Shown here piece after piece: positions 28,899-40,510 of a stretch of 50,561 nt of DNA (within the stretch, counting starts at the first letter, position 1; every line of letters starts with the position of its first letter). The stretch comes from Patescibacteria group bacterium (GTDB lineage Bacteria; Patescibacteriota; Patescibacteriia; Patescibacteriales; UBA12465). The notes below the pieces were generated by a model, which was not told the origin of the DNA, ran no database searches, and worked only from the letters and a program-made list of their open reading frames with translations. The stretch is taken from NCBI GenBank assembly GCA_038245255.1, contig JBBRSQ010000003.1:1-50561 (forward strand). Reading direction: 5' to 3'. The position numbers and the translations under genes are program-made.

Positions 28899-30134
28899 AT
28901 GAAAAAAAAATTTAAATTAGCCCTATTTTTAGGGTATAAATCAATTGTTAATGGGAATAAGCGGATTATTGTTTTAATGATATTTATTCTTTCTTTGGCT
29001 TTTGTAAATTTAATTTTTGTTGCCTCTATTTTAAACGGCGTGACGACAACGCAAAATAATCAGATTATCAATAATTCTGTGGCGAATATTGTTATTGATC
29101 CACAAGAAAAACCAACTAGAGAAAATTATGTTACACATACTAGAGAATTGAGAAAACAAATTGAAGATTTGCCCGGCGTGATTGCAACAGCGGCGCATTA
29201 TAATCTTATAGCTACTTTCGCGTATGATAAAAATAAGGATGGCCAATATAAATACGGTTCTTGGCCAGTTATCGGTGTTGACCCTGAAGAAGAATCACGA
29301 GTAACAGAAATACCGCAACATATCATTGCTGGTCGTTATTTGGAGGGTGTGGGGAGCGGAGATGTTGTCTTGGGGGCAGATATCACCGGTGGATATAACG
29401 ATGCAGACGGAGAAATTAATAGCCTTGGTGGAGCAAAAGTAGGTGAAAATATCAATATAAGTTTTGGAAATGGCGTAAATAGGAAATATACAATTAAGGG
29501 CATTTCTAAAGTTAAATTTATTTTAGCCGACGCGACTGCCTATATTACAGCTAGAGAAGCGAGATCTATTCTACAACTTTCAGATGATAGAGTTTCGCAG
29601 ATTCTGGTCAAGATTAAAAATTCGGGCGAGGAGAGTCAGTATATTAAACAGATTAAAGAAATGGCGCCTAATTTAGAAGTTAGAGAATGGTCAGAATATG
29701 CCGGTGTTATTAACGGAAGCACAAAAAGCTTTGGCTTAATAGTTAATATAGTTAGTGGAATTGGTTTGGTGGTGGCCGCTACGACTATTTTTATTTTAAT
29801 TTATGTTAATACGGTAAATAAAAGAAGACAAATCGGTATTTTAAAAGCAATTGGAATTGAAGAAAATATTATTATTCTCTCTTATATTTTACAGTCATTA
29901 TTTTACGCAATTTTTGGTATTATTTTTGGTTCAATCATCATGTTTTTTGCTATTGAACCATATTTTATTAGCCACCCTATTTTTCTTCAGATCGGCGATG
30001 TATCTTTAACCATTAAAAAAATTCAAGTATTACAAAGCATACTTAGTCTTTTAGGGGCAGCCTTGATTGCTGGTTTTTTTCCGGCCTGGCGCGCGGTTAG
30101 AGAAAATATCTTAAAAGCAATTTGGGGAACATAA
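28899..30134 (+). CDS. ABC transporter permease, MacB/FtsX/LolCE-like
   Basis: TM, large extracellular domain, then 3 TM; RRQIGILKAIG and PAWRA motifs. Confidence 0.92.
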   Translation: MKKKFKLALFLGYKSIVNGNKRIIVLMIFILSLAFVNLIFVASILNGVTTTQNNQIINNSVANIVIDPQEKPTRENYVTHTRELRKQIEDLPGVIATAAHYNLIATFAYDKNKDGQYKYGSWPVIGVDPEEESRVTEIPQHIIAGRYLEGVGSGDVVLGADITGGYNDADGEINSLGGAKVGENINISFGNGVNRKYTIKGISKVKFILADATAYITAREARSILQLSDDRVSQILVKIKNSGEESQYIKQIKEMAPNLEVREWSEYAGVINGSTKSFGLIVNIVSGIGLVVAATTIFILIYVNTVNKRRQIGILKAIGIEENIIILSYILQSLFYAIFGIIFGSIIMFFAIEPYFISHPIFLQIGDVSLTIKKIQVLQSILSLLGAALIAGFFPAWRAVRENILKAIWGT

Positions 30135-30142
30135 ATAAAAAT

Positions 30143-30826
30143 ATGAATATTGATATTAATGTAAAAAATTTAGAAAAAACATATACCGGAAAAGTGCCGA
30201 CTCACGCTCTTAGAGGTGTTAGTTTTGAAATTATGAAGGGCGAGTTTGTCGCCATTATGGGTAAAAGCGGTAGTGGAAAATCAACCTTACTCCACCAATT
30301 AGGATTATTGGACACACCCACAGCAGGAAACATATTAATTGATGGAATTGATGTTTTAAAATTGAGTGAACGCGAAAAAACAGTATTCAGGCTTCAACGC
30401 TTAGGTTATGTTTTTCAAGAATATGCACTAATTTTAGAATTAACCGCTTTAGAAAATGTACTTTTACCAGCTTTTGCTTTAGACGGTTTTAGGCGTAAAC
30501 ATAATGACAGGGCTATTGAAATTTTAACAAAAGTCGGTTTGAAAGATCGCATTCATCATCGTCCGAGTGAATTATCTGGAGGCGAACAACAACGAGTCGC
30601 AATTGCAAGAGCTTTAATTAATAATCCGAAAATTTTATTTGCGGATGAACCAACTGCAAATTTGGACACTAATTCTTCAAGAGAAATTTTAGAATTATTT
30701 AAAAAATTAAATAAAGAATTAGGGCAAACAATTATCTTAGTTACTCATGAACCCGATAATCAAAAATATGTTGATCGAGTTATTTGGATGAAAGATGGCC
30801 TAATCGAAAAAGAAGAAAAATTTTAA
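30143..30826 (+). CDS. ABC transporter ATP-binding protein, LolD/MacB-like
   Basis: GKSGSGKST, LSGGEQQRVAIARAL, ADEPTANLD and VTHE; ATG start at 30143. Confidence 0.96.
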   Translation: MNIDINVKNLEKTYTGKVPTHALRGVSFEIMKGEFVAIMGKSGSGKSTLLHQLGLLDTPTAGNILIDGIDVLKLSEREKTVFRLQRLGYVFQEYALILELTALENVLLPAFALDGFRRKHNDRAIEILTKVGLKDRIHHRPSELSGGEQQRVAIARALINNPKILFADEPTANLDTNSSREILELFKKLNKELGQTIILVTHEPDNQKYVDRVIWMKDGLIEKEEKF

Positions 30827-30831
30827 ATTTG

Positions 30832-30902
30832 TCGGGCTGCCGAGAGTCGAACTCGGATTATACACTCCCGAAGCGCACGTAATACCGTTATACCACAGCC
30901 CG
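30832..30902 (-). tRNA. tRNA-Pro(CGG)
   Basis: Acceptor CGGGCTG/CAGCCCG; anticodon arm TGCGC-TTCGGGA-GTGTA. Confidence 0.93.
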
Positions 30903-30913
30903 TGGTTTATTAG

Positions 30914-30986
30914 TGGACTTGAGGGGACTCGGACCCCTTACCTCTGCAATGCGAATGCAGCGCTCTACCAGATGAGCTACAAGCCC
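30914..30986 (-). tRNA. tRNA-Ala(CGC)
   Basis: G3-U70; anticodon arm CTGCA-TTCGCAT-TGCAG; T-loop TCCGAGT. Confidence 0.93.
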
Positions 30987-31125
30987 TAAACAGGTTTAAC
31001 AAACCTCGTCCCCATCTTAACACACCCATCCTTAAATATTCAAGTCTGAGTGATTTGCTAAAAACACCATATTAAATTACAATATTAATAGTAAAATATA
31101 AGCATTATTTATTAAATTAGCGCGT

Positions 31126-31377
31126 ATGGGACTTGATAATATCGAAAATTATTTTAATAATCTCGTAAAAGAAAGCAAAAAAGAAAACGCTGGGAGTGAA
31201 GCAAAAGACTCTGAGAACCGTTTTTTTACACCAGAAGAATATTTTCAAAATAAAGAAACGGATAAAGTAAATTTACCGGAAAACATTTTTAAAAACATCA
31301 GCCCTGAAGAAATTAAAGACTTACGTGATAAATATATTCCTAAAAAAAATAATGAAATCGAACCGGAGCTATTCTAA
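31126..31377 (+). CDS. Hypothetical charged protein (83 aa)
   Basis: ORF 9 nt upstream of trpS; no motif recognised. Confidence 0.65.
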   Translation: MGLDNIENYFNNLVKESKKENAGSEAKDSENRFFTPEEYFQNKETDKVNLPENIFKNISPEEIKDLRDKYIPKKNNEIEPELF

Positions 31378-31386
31378 AATAAATTT

Positions 31387-32394
31387 ATGATAAAGGAAAT
31401 TAAAGAAGGAAAAAAACAATTAATTTTTTCAGGTATTAAACCTAGCGGCGATTTACATATCGGTCATTATGTTGGCGCGATTTCGCAATGGGTGGAAATG
31501 CAGAAAAGATATGAGTGTATTTTTTCAGTTGTTGATTATCATGCAATTACCGTTAAGCAAGACCCGGAAGTGCTTAGGAAAAGAATCATTGAGGTAACGA
31601 AAATCTATTTAGCGGCCGGAATTGATCCGGAAAAATCTATTATTTTTCAGCAATCATCTATTTCTGCACATACGGAACTCGCCTGGATTTTTAATTGTTA
31701 TGGTGCCCGCATTGCTGATTTAAATAAAATGACGCAGTTTAAAGATAAGGCCGGAAAAAATCAGGAATCAGTTAGTGTTGGTTTATATGATTATCCGGTT
31801 TTAATGGCGGCTGATATATTATTATATGATACTGATGTTGTCCCCGTTGGCGAAGATCAGGTACAGCATGTCGAATTAACGCGTGATATCGCTAAACGTT
31901 TTAATAGCCAATTTGGAAACATATTTAAAATTCCCCAAGCCTCTATTAAAAAAGAAGGTGCTCGTATTATGTCTCTTCAAGATGCCAGTAAGAAAATGAG
32001 CAAAAGTGATGCTAATCAAAATAATTGTATAGCGTTATTAGATGATATTGAAGTGGCTAAGAAAAAAATTATGCGCGCGGTAACTGATTCTGGATCTGAT
32101 ATAGAATATAATATGCTTGAAAAACCAGCCCTGTCTAATCTTTTAACAATTTACGCCATGCTCGGTAATCGCGAAGTTAAGCGTTTAGTGAAAGATTATA
32201 GTGGCAAGGGCTATGGTGATTTTAAAAAAGACTTAGCCGAAGTAGTTGCTAAATTTTTAACAGATTTTCAAGCTAAGTTTAATAGCATTTCTGATGAAGA
32301 GGTTTTAAAAATATTAGAAACTGGCCGCGAAAAAGTAAATAAATTAGCCGAAGAAAAAATGTTAGTGGTTAGAAAGGCGATCGGAGTCCGCTAA
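31387..32394 (+). CDS. trpS: Tryptophanyl-tRNA synthetase
   Basis: SGIKPSGDLHIGHY, YPVLMAADIL, VPVGEDQ-x-QH-x-ELTRD and KMSKS. Confidence 0.99.
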   Translation: MIKEIKEGKKQLIFSGIKPSGDLHIGHYVGAISQWVEMQKRYECIFSVVDYHAITVKQDPEVLRKRIIEVTKIYLAAGIDPEKSIIFQQSSISAHTELAWIFNCYGARIADLNKMTQFKDKAGKNQESVSVGLYDYPVLMAADILLYDTDVVPVGEDQVQHVELTRDIAKRFNSQFGNIFKIPQASIKKEGARIMSLQDASKKMSKSDANQNNCIALLDDIEVAKKKIMRAVTDSGSDIEYNMLEKPALSNLLTIYAMLGNREVKRLVKDYSGKGYGDFKKDLAEVVAKFLTDFQAKFNSISDEEVLKILETGREKVNKLAEEKMLVVRKAIGVR

Positions 32395-32429
32395 ATTTAA
32401 TCTAAAAGATAGAATAAAATAACTTAAAC

Positions 32430-32457
32430 AAAAAACCACTAATAATAGTGGTTTTTT
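32430..32457. terminator. Bidirectional terminator between trpS and the 16S transcript
   Basis: AAAAAACCACTA-ATAA-TAGTGGTTTTTT. Confidence 0.75.
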
Positions 32458-32489
32458 TATTTGCAATCATTTAATGATGAATTTTAAGT

Positions 32490-34158
<1,669 letters not shown>

Positions 34159-34288
34159 CATCAAAATTTAACCATCACCATGATTGTTTGATATAAAATT
34201 TTTAACGTTCGAAATAGACAGAAAAAAACAGAGATATAAAAAATATCTTGCTTTAATTTGATATTCTATTTTGATTTTTAATAACCTT

Positions 34289-34317
34289 ATTTTATATTAA
34301 TAAAAAACATATGTCAA
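34289..34317 (-). promoter_or_regulatory. 16S rRNA promoter
   Basis: TTGACA-17 bp-TAAAAT on the minus strand. Confidence 0.7.
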
Positions 34318-34420
34318 GTGCTCTTGATATTCCCTCTTTAAAGCCAATCTTAGAGCTAATATTTAATTGACTTTTGCCATTATTTACGTTATAAATAGAG
34401 TATTAATATAATATAATTAT

Positions 34421-35278
34421 ATGGGATTAAGAAATGAATCTAATTTTTCCGATATTAAATACGATGGTAAAAAAGCCGAATTGATTGCTGAGAAGCAGGA
34501 AAAAAGAGAGCTTGGCATTAAGCCAGAAAGTAATTCTGATTATAATTCTATCCGCAGTATCGAGCAACGAGGGCCAGTTGATAGAGAAAATAAGTATAAT
34601 AGTACTGAAGAGGAAGAAAGTTTTTATAAACACGAAAGTAAGCATGTTAATATAGAGGACGTCGCAGATGAAGATGAGGAAAGTATTATAGCCATGATAG
34701 ATAAAAAAATTAATAAAGATAAGGGCATTATTGAGGATGATAATTCGATAGATGATTATATTGCCTATATTCAAGCAGATCTAGATATTATTGATTCATA
34801 TGGATATGCTGCAATATTTGAAAAATTAATTGAATCAGCTAGAGCTAGTAAGGATTATAAAGAAATTGACACCATTCTTGATCGGACATCTTTATTTATA
34901 AAAGAATATCAGAAAATTCTTAAAGAGCATCTTCCTGAAAATGAAGAAAAAGCTGCTGTTGATCATATTTTTAAAAGAACTGTGGGGGATGTTGTATATA
35001 TGAAAGATGGTGAAATTGGAGAAAAAACTGAGCTTTTGCATGATTATAAGCAAGCGCGCGATGCCCGTCCAGGAGCTAACCATGGTCAAAGAATTTATTA
35101 TTCAGAAGGTAAAATAGCCCGAGGTTTTCTGAGTCAGAAAGAGGCCGATGTTTCGACTAAAAATCAAGTTCAGGGAAATCAACCGAGCAAAGAAAAAAAA
35201 CCACAATCTGTTTTTAAAAAATTTAAAGAAGAATTAACGGCTTATAACCCTTTGACTCGAAAGAAAGAAAAAATATAA
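34421..35278 (+). CDS. Hypothetical acidic/charged protein (285 aa)
   Basis: Long ORF divergent from 16S with an upstream TTGACT..TATAAA promoter; no motif recognised. Confidence 0.8.
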   Translation: MGLRNESNFSDIKYDGKKAELIAEKQEKRELGIKPESNSDYNSIRSIEQRGPVDRENKYNSTEEEESFYKHESKHVNIEDVADEDEESIIAMIDKKINKDKGIIEDDNSIDDYIAYIQADLDIIDSYGYAAIFEKLIESARASKDYKEIDTILDRTSLFIKEYQKILKEHLPENEEKAAVDHIFKRTVGDVVYMKDGEIGEKTELLHDYKQARDARPGANHGQRIYYSEGKIARGFLSQKEADVSTKNQVQGNQPSKEKKPQSVFKKFKEELTAYNPLTRKKEKI

Positions 35279-35339
35279 TATTAAGAATCTATTTCTGGGT
35301 TCACTATAAATAATAAAATAATTAAATTTTTAAAATACA

Positions 35340-35894
35340 ATGCGCATTAAATTTCATCGAGTTGAAAAAAAGGTAGAACCGACTTTTAGATCTAATAATC
35401 AGATAAAAGTTCCGGAAGTTTTTGTTATTGATGAAGCTAATGAGGCTTTAGGAGTAATGACAATTGAAGAGGCGATTGCAAAAGCCCAGGAAGCCGATCT
35501 TGATTTAGTCGAAGTAAACCCAAAAGCTAATCCGCCAGTTGTTAAAATAGTAAACTTGGGACAATTGAAATACGAAAGAGAAAAATTGGCCCATAAACAA
35601 AAAATGCAACAAAAGAAGGTTGAAACTAAAAATATTCGTTTAACCTTTCGTATTAGTGAACACGATCAAGATATGCGCCTTATTCAAGCCGGAAAATTTT
35701 TAGCCAAAGATAATAAAATTAAAGTTGAATTGATATTGCGCGGTCGCGAAAGACAATATCCCGCTAAAGCGGCTGAAATAGTTAGAAACTTTGCGACTAA
35801 GCTACAAGCAAACCCGGATTTAACAATTGAAATAGAGCAACCCTTGACAAGTCAGGGAGGAAGATTTACTATTATATTGATAAATAAAAAATAA
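35340..35894 (+). CDS. infC: Translation initiation factor IF-3
   Basis: NNQIKVPEV, DLDLVEVNP, PPVVKI and KVELILRGRE. Confidence 0.97.
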   Translation: MRIKFHRVEKKVEPTFRSNNQIKVPEVFVIDEANEALGVMTIEEAIAKAQEADLDLVEVNPKANPPVVKIVNLGQLKYEREKLAHKQKMQQKKVETKNIRLTFRISEHDQDMRLIQAGKFLAKDNKIKVELILRGRERQYPAKAAEIVRNFATKLQANPDLTIEIEQPLTSQGGRFTIILINKK

Positions 35895-35941
35895 AAACCC
35901 ATAAATTCAGGTGTTTGCCTGTTTTTTTAATCTGGAAATAT

Positions 35942-36139
35942 ATGCCAAAAGTAAAAACACATAAAGCGACCGTTAAGCGTTTTAAAAAAACTGCTACTAA
36001 TAAGTTACTTCAACGAAAAGGTGGACAGGATCATTTTAATTCTCGCGATACTGGCAATGCTACTCGTAAAAAACGTTTAGATATTTCCACAACCAAAACT
36101 TTAGCCAAGACGATTCACATGTTAACCCCATATAATTAA
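35942..36139 (+). CDS. rpmI: 50S ribosomal protein L35
   Basis: MPKVKTHKATVKRFK; start corrected to ATG 35942; lies between infC and rplT. Confidence 0.95.
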   Translation: MPKVKTHKATVKRFKKTATNKLLQRKGGQDHFNSRDTGNATRKKRLDISTTKTLAKTIHMLTPYN

Positions 36140-36160
36140 TCATTATTTGTAATTGAACAT

Positions 36161-36508
36161 ATGCCTAGAGTAAAAAGAGGAATGACCCATGTTAAGAAAA
36201 GACGGAAACTATTAAAAGCCGTTAAAGGTTTTAAATGGGGTCGCAAAAAATTAATAAAATTGGCTAAAACTGCTCAGACTAAAGCGGGCGCTCATGCTTA
36301 TACTGATCGGCGCAAAAAGAAGAGAGTAATGCGTGGCTTATGGTTAATTAAAATTAACGCCTTTGTTCGTGAACACGACCTGTCTTATTCCCGATTCATC
36401 AATTTGCTAAAAATAAATAAAATAGAAGTCGATCGGAAGATTCTAGCTGATTTAGCCGTATCTAATAAGGAGGCTTTGGTTGCTTTAATTAATAGAATCA
36501 AGAAATAA
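36161..36508 (+). CDS. rplT: 50S ribosomal protein L20
   Basis: MPRVKRG, AYTDRRKKKR, LWLIKINA and DRKILADLA. Confidence 0.98.
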   Translation: MPRVKRGMTHVKKRRKLLKAVKGFKWGRKKLIKLAKTAQTKAGAHAYTDRRKKKRVMRGLWLIKINAFVREHDLSYSRFINLLKINKIEVDRKILADLAVSNKEALVALINRIKK

Positions 36509-36509
36509 T

Positions 36510-36725
36510 ATGTTTTGGATTAAAGTTGCCCAACTTATTATAGCAGTCCTCTTAATGGTCGCGATTCTAATGCAGAATCGTGGTGCTGGTTTAGGCGGTG
36601 TCTTCGGTGGTTCGGGCGGCGTTTATTTAACAAAACGCGGTTTAGAAAAGAAACTTTTTACTGCGACTATCGTTTTAGCCGCAATATTCATTCTTTTATC
36701 ACTAGCCGTTTTCTTCAAATCTTAA
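36510..36725 (+). CDS. secG: Preprotein translocase subunit SecG
   Basis: ILMQNRGAGLGGVFGG..TKRGLEKKL; two TMs. Confidence 0.94.
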   Translation: MFWIKVAQLIIAVLLMVAILMQNRGAGLGGVFGGSGGVYLTKRGLEKKLFTATIVLAAIFILLSLAVFFKS

Positions 36726-36760
36726 ACAAAACGTTTGTTTTGTTAGAAATTATAAGATAA

Positions 36761-38536
36761 GTGAACTCACTAAAAACTAAAACTATTTCATTCAAAAAAA
36801 GGGCGAGTCAGGCCCTGTCTTTTTTTGGAATTCTTAAGAAGAGAAATCTAAATCAAGCTGATATTGATAAAAAACTGGTTTACGGTTTGTCGCTTCGAAA
36901 AATTCCAAGTGGCGGACAATTAAAACATCTTTATAAATTTTTAAACCCGAGAGAAAATTTAGTTATTAAAGTTTGTGCGCTCCTGATTTTAATTAATGTT
37001 GTTTATTTAGGTGTTAGTTTTATAAAGAAACATCTTAATTATACACCAGCTTACGGCGGTGAATATATTGAAGGTGTCGTTGGTTTTCCAAAAACTATTA
37101 ATCCGCTTTATGCGGTTAATCGTGATATTGATAGCGATATAAGTGAGCTCGTTTATTCTAGTTTGTTTAAATATAACGAGAATGGTCTTTTGGTTAATGA
37201 TTTAGCCGATACTGTAACTATTAATAATAATCGTGAATACATAATTAAAATTAAAGATGGCGCTACTTGGCATAATGGCGCTAAAGTTAGTTCTGATGAT
37301 GTAATATTTACAATTAACGCCATAAAAAACAGCGATTATCGCTCTCCCCTGCGCTCCTCTTTAAGTAGTGTTGAAACTGAAAAGATAGATGACTCGACTC
37401 TGAAGCTCACTTTAAGCGCACCTTACGCGCCTTTTCTTGAGGTTCTAAGTTTTGGTATTTTACCAAAGAGCATTTGGGAAAATGTTAGTCCGAGTTCAGC
37501 CGCATCTTCAGAATTAAATTTAAAGCCAATTGGTTCTGGTCCTTATAAGTTTAAATCACTCGTCAAAAATAAAGACGGTGATTTGAGAGAATACAATCTT
37601 ATTGCTAATGAAAACTATTACCAAGCGCACCCGTTTATTAAAAACTTAAAATTTAAATTTTTCGTAGATTATACCGAGGCTATTAAATCTTTAAATGATA
37701 ATCAAATTGATGGCTTAGGATACCTTCCCTTTGACGAAAGAAAAGAAATTTTAGCGAAAGACTCTCTAAATTTATATGAGCTTGTTCGCCCACAAATAGT
37801 TTCGCTATTTTTTAACAGTAATAAAGACAAGGCCCTGAGCGATAAAGTCGTGCGCGTATCTTTAGCGCAGGCTATAGATAAAAATCAAATTATTAAAGAT
37901 GTTTTTGATGGCGTATATCAAGTAGCCGATGGACCAATTTTAAAAAATAATTTTGCTTACTCAGATCAAATTACTAAATACGAATATAATCCGCTTGAAG
38001 CAGCCGCCAATATTAAAAATAAATTAGCTTCAACTACACTGACTGTAATCGATTCCGGAAATAATGTCGCAGTCGCAAATAAGATTAAAACTTATTGGCA
38101 ACAAATTGGAGTTGAAGTCGAGCTTAATATTGTTCCTGGCGAAAGAGCGGCTGATACAATTAAAAATCGTGATTTTGAAGTTCTCTTATATGGAGAGTCG
38201 GTTGGAGGCGATCCCGATGTGTATGCATTTTGGCATTCGAGTCAACTTGGCGCTAAGGGACTAAATTTAGCTGGCTATAATAATCCCGAAGTCGATAAAC
38301 TATTAATTTCCGCACGACAGACAACTAATTCAGACGAAAGAATGACTTTATATAAAAAATTTCAAGAAATTTTAACAGCCGAAATTCCCGCAATTTTCTT
38401 ATATTCGCCGACCTATACTTATGTTCAAAGTAATAAAGTAAAAGGTTTTAGCGGGACAATGATAATTGAGCCGGCTGATCGATTTGCCAGTGTGGCAAAT
38501 TGGTATTTAAAAACTAATAAAAAAATAACGTGGTAA
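36761..38536 (+). CDS. Family 5 (peptide/nickel) ABC solute-binding protein, membrane-anchored; start uncertain
   Basis: GGEYIEG, INPLYA, WHNGAKVSSDDVIFT, PIGSGPYKF, VRVSLAQAIDK and NLAGYNNPEVDKLL. Confidence 0.9.
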   Translation: MNSLKTKTISFKKRASQALSFFGILKKRNLNQADIDKKLVYGLSLRKIPSGGQLKHLYKFLNPRENLVIKVCALLILINVVYLGVSFIKKHLNYTPAYGGEYIEGVVGFPKTINPLYAVNRDIDSDISELVYSSLFKYNENGLLVNDLADTVTINNNREYIIKIKDGATWHNGAKVSSDDVIFTINAIKNSDYRSPLRSSLSSVETEKIDDSTLKLTLSAPYAPFLEVLSFGILPKSIWENVSPSSAASSELNLKPIGSGPYKFKSLVKNKDGDLREYNLIANENYYQAHPFIKNLKFKFFVDYTEAIKSLNDNQIDGLGYLPFDERKEILAKDSLNLYELVRPQIVSLFFNSNKDKALSDKVVRVSLAQAIDKNQIIKDVFDGVYQVADGPILKNNFAYSDQITKYEYNPLEAAANIKNKLASTTLTVIDSGNNVAVANKIKTYWQQIGVEVELNIVPGERAADTIKNRDFEVLLYGESVGGDPDVYAFWHSSQLGAKGLNLAGYNNPEVDKLLISARQTTNSDERMTLYKKFQEILTAEIPAIFLYSPTYTYVQSNKVKGFSGTMIIEPADRFASVANWYLKTNKKITW

Positions 38537-38605
38537 TGATTAGCGTCTAAATAACGCCTAATCCAAATCATGTTTTTATAACTCATAAAATTTAATATTA
38601 AAAAA

Positions 38606-40456
38606 ATGTTAGTCAAACAACAAAACACTCCGACGACTCCGTCTCGGAAAAACTTTTATGGCTCAGCGCAACGAAAGGTAACAGCAGATCCTTTCGTAAA
38701 AACTCCCGCCCTTGAAGTAAATAAACAACAAACACAAATCCGATCAAATCGACTAGCTGTCCAAGTGCCAGTTAAAAACTTATCTAGTGGGCCAAGCCTA
38801 AAAATTATTCCGCTCGGTGGGCAAGAAGAAGTTGGTCGAAATTGTACAATTTTTGAATACGATAATGACATCGTAATTCTTGACATGGGCTTGCAGTTTT
38901 CTGATGAAGACACTCCCGGTATCGATTATATTATTCCAAACGTTGCTTATCTGCGTGGTAAAGAAAGAAATATTCGTGGAGTTATATTTAGTCATGGTCA
39001 TCTTGATCATATCGGCGCAGCGCCAATTATGCTTGAGCAGTTAGGCAATCCTCCAATTATTGGGCGTAAACTTACTCTCGCGATGATTAAGCATCGAGTT
39101 GAAGATTATAAAAAAGGCACCACTAAAAGTTTAAAAATAATTACAATTGATTCAATTAACCAAAAGTTAAGCTTAGGAAAATTTAAAATAAGTTTTTTTC
39201 AAGTTGAGCATTCAATCATTGATGCCGTGGGTGTTATTATTGAGACACCTCACGGAACAGTAATCCATCCCGGCGATTGGATGATTGAAGATGATCCAAT
39301 TAATGGACCAGCTGTTGATTATAAACATTTATCTCTATTACCTTCCCCGAGAATATTAATGCTTGAGAGTCTTGGCGTCGCTTATACAAAAGAACGCATC
39401 CCCGCTAAAACTACCTTAGCTAATTTAGAGATGATAATCAGAGAAGCTAAGGGTCGCGTTATTATTGGTACTTTTGCGTCTCAGCTAGAACGTATTACTA
39501 GTCTCCTGGCTTACTCTGAAAAAATTGGTAAGAAAGTTGCGCTTGATGGTTACGGCATGAAGATGAATGTTAAAATCGCTCAAGAGCTTGGTTATATTCC
39601 TGCCCATAAAAATATATTAATTCCAATTGAAGATATTCATAAATATCCGGAAGATAAAATTGTTATTATTTGTACGGGCGCACAAGGAGAATCAAATGCA
39701 GTCTTTTCTCGAATTGTTAATAATAATCATCGCTACGTTACGATTAAGAAATCAGATGTAATTGTTTTTTCATCTTCAGTAATTCCTGGTAATGAAAGAT
39801 CAATTCAAAAAGTAAAAGATCAATTATATCGCGTAAGTGATAATGTTATTCATAGTAGTCTTATGGATGTTCATTCCGGTGGACACGCTAATGCTGAAGA
39901 TATTAAAAAAATTCTTTTGCAGATTAAGCCTGATTATTTTTTACCAGTTTATGCCAATCACTACATGCTAGTAGAAGCAAAGAAGCTTGCAATGCGTAAT
40001 GGTTTTAGAGAGGATCAAATTTTCGTTCTTGATAATGGCCAGATACTTAAATTTCAAAAAGACAGGAAACCAATTCTTCTAAAAGAGAAAGCGAATACAG
40101 ACTACGTTATGGTTGATGGGCTCGGCGTCGGTGATGTTTCGGAAATTGTTCTTCGAGATCGAAGACTAATGTCCGATGACGGTATGATTGTTATCATTGC
40201 GACTATTGATGCTAAGACTGGCACAATCATCGGCAACCCAGATTTAATTTCGCGCGGTTTCGTGCACATGAAAGAAAATCGGGACTTAATTGAAAAAACA
40301 CGAATGAGAGTTAAAAAAATCGTTAAAGACAAGAATCCGATGACTGCCGCTGATGACGATTACTTGAAGAATAAAATTAGAAATGATATCGGACAGTTCT
40401 TGTTTCAAGTAACGAAACGACGTCCAATGGTTCTTCCGGTTGTTATAAAGGTATAA
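38606..40456 (+). CDS. rnj: Ribonuclease J
   Basis: IIPLGGQEEVGRN, SHGHLDHIG, TGAQGE, IPGNE, HSGGHA and RRPMVLPV. Confidence 0.97.
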   Translation: MLVKQQNTPTTPSRKNFYGSAQRKVTADPFVKTPALEVNKQQTQIRSNRLAVQVPVKNLSSGPSLKIIPLGGQEEVGRNCTIFEYDNDIVILDMGLQFSDEDTPGIDYIIPNVAYLRGKERNIRGVIFSHGHLDHIGAAPIMLEQLGNPPIIGRKLTLAMIKHRVEDYKKGTTKSLKIITIDSINQKLSLGKFKISFFQVEHSIIDAVGVIIETPHGTVIHPGDWMIEDDPINGPAVDYKHLSLLPSPRILMLESLGVAYTKERIPAKTTLANLEMIIREAKGRVIIGTFASQLERITSLLAYSEKIGKKVALDGYGMKMNVKIAQELGYIPAHKNILIPIEDIHKYPEDKIVIICTGAQGESNAVFSRIVNNNHRYVTIKKSDVIVFSSSVIPGNERSIQKVKDQLYRVSDNVIHSSLMDVHSGGHANAEDIKKILLQIKPDYFLPVYANHYMLVEAKKLAMRNGFREDQIFVLDNGQILKFQKDRKPILLKEKANTDYVMVDGLGVGDVSEIVLRDRRLMSDDGMIVIIATIDAKTGTIIGNPDLISRGFVHMKENRDLIEKTRMRVKKIVKDKNPMTAADDDYLKNKIRNDIGQFLFQVTKRRPMVLPVVIKV

Positions 40457-40480
40457 ACAGTATATTGTCTTAGGAGATAA

Positions 40481-40507
40481 AAAAATCCCCTAATAATGGG
40501 GATTTTT
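40481..40507 (+). terminator. rnj terminator
   Basis: AAAAATCCCC-TAATAAT-GGGGATTTTT. Confidence 0.75.
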
Positions 40508-40510
40508 GAT

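Noticed and set aside
28067-30840. att direct repeat for the TetR-ABC cassette at tRNA-Pro
   Set aside because: I found no copy of the tRNA-Pro 3' end at the left boundary and there is no integrase, so I did not call it a mobile element.
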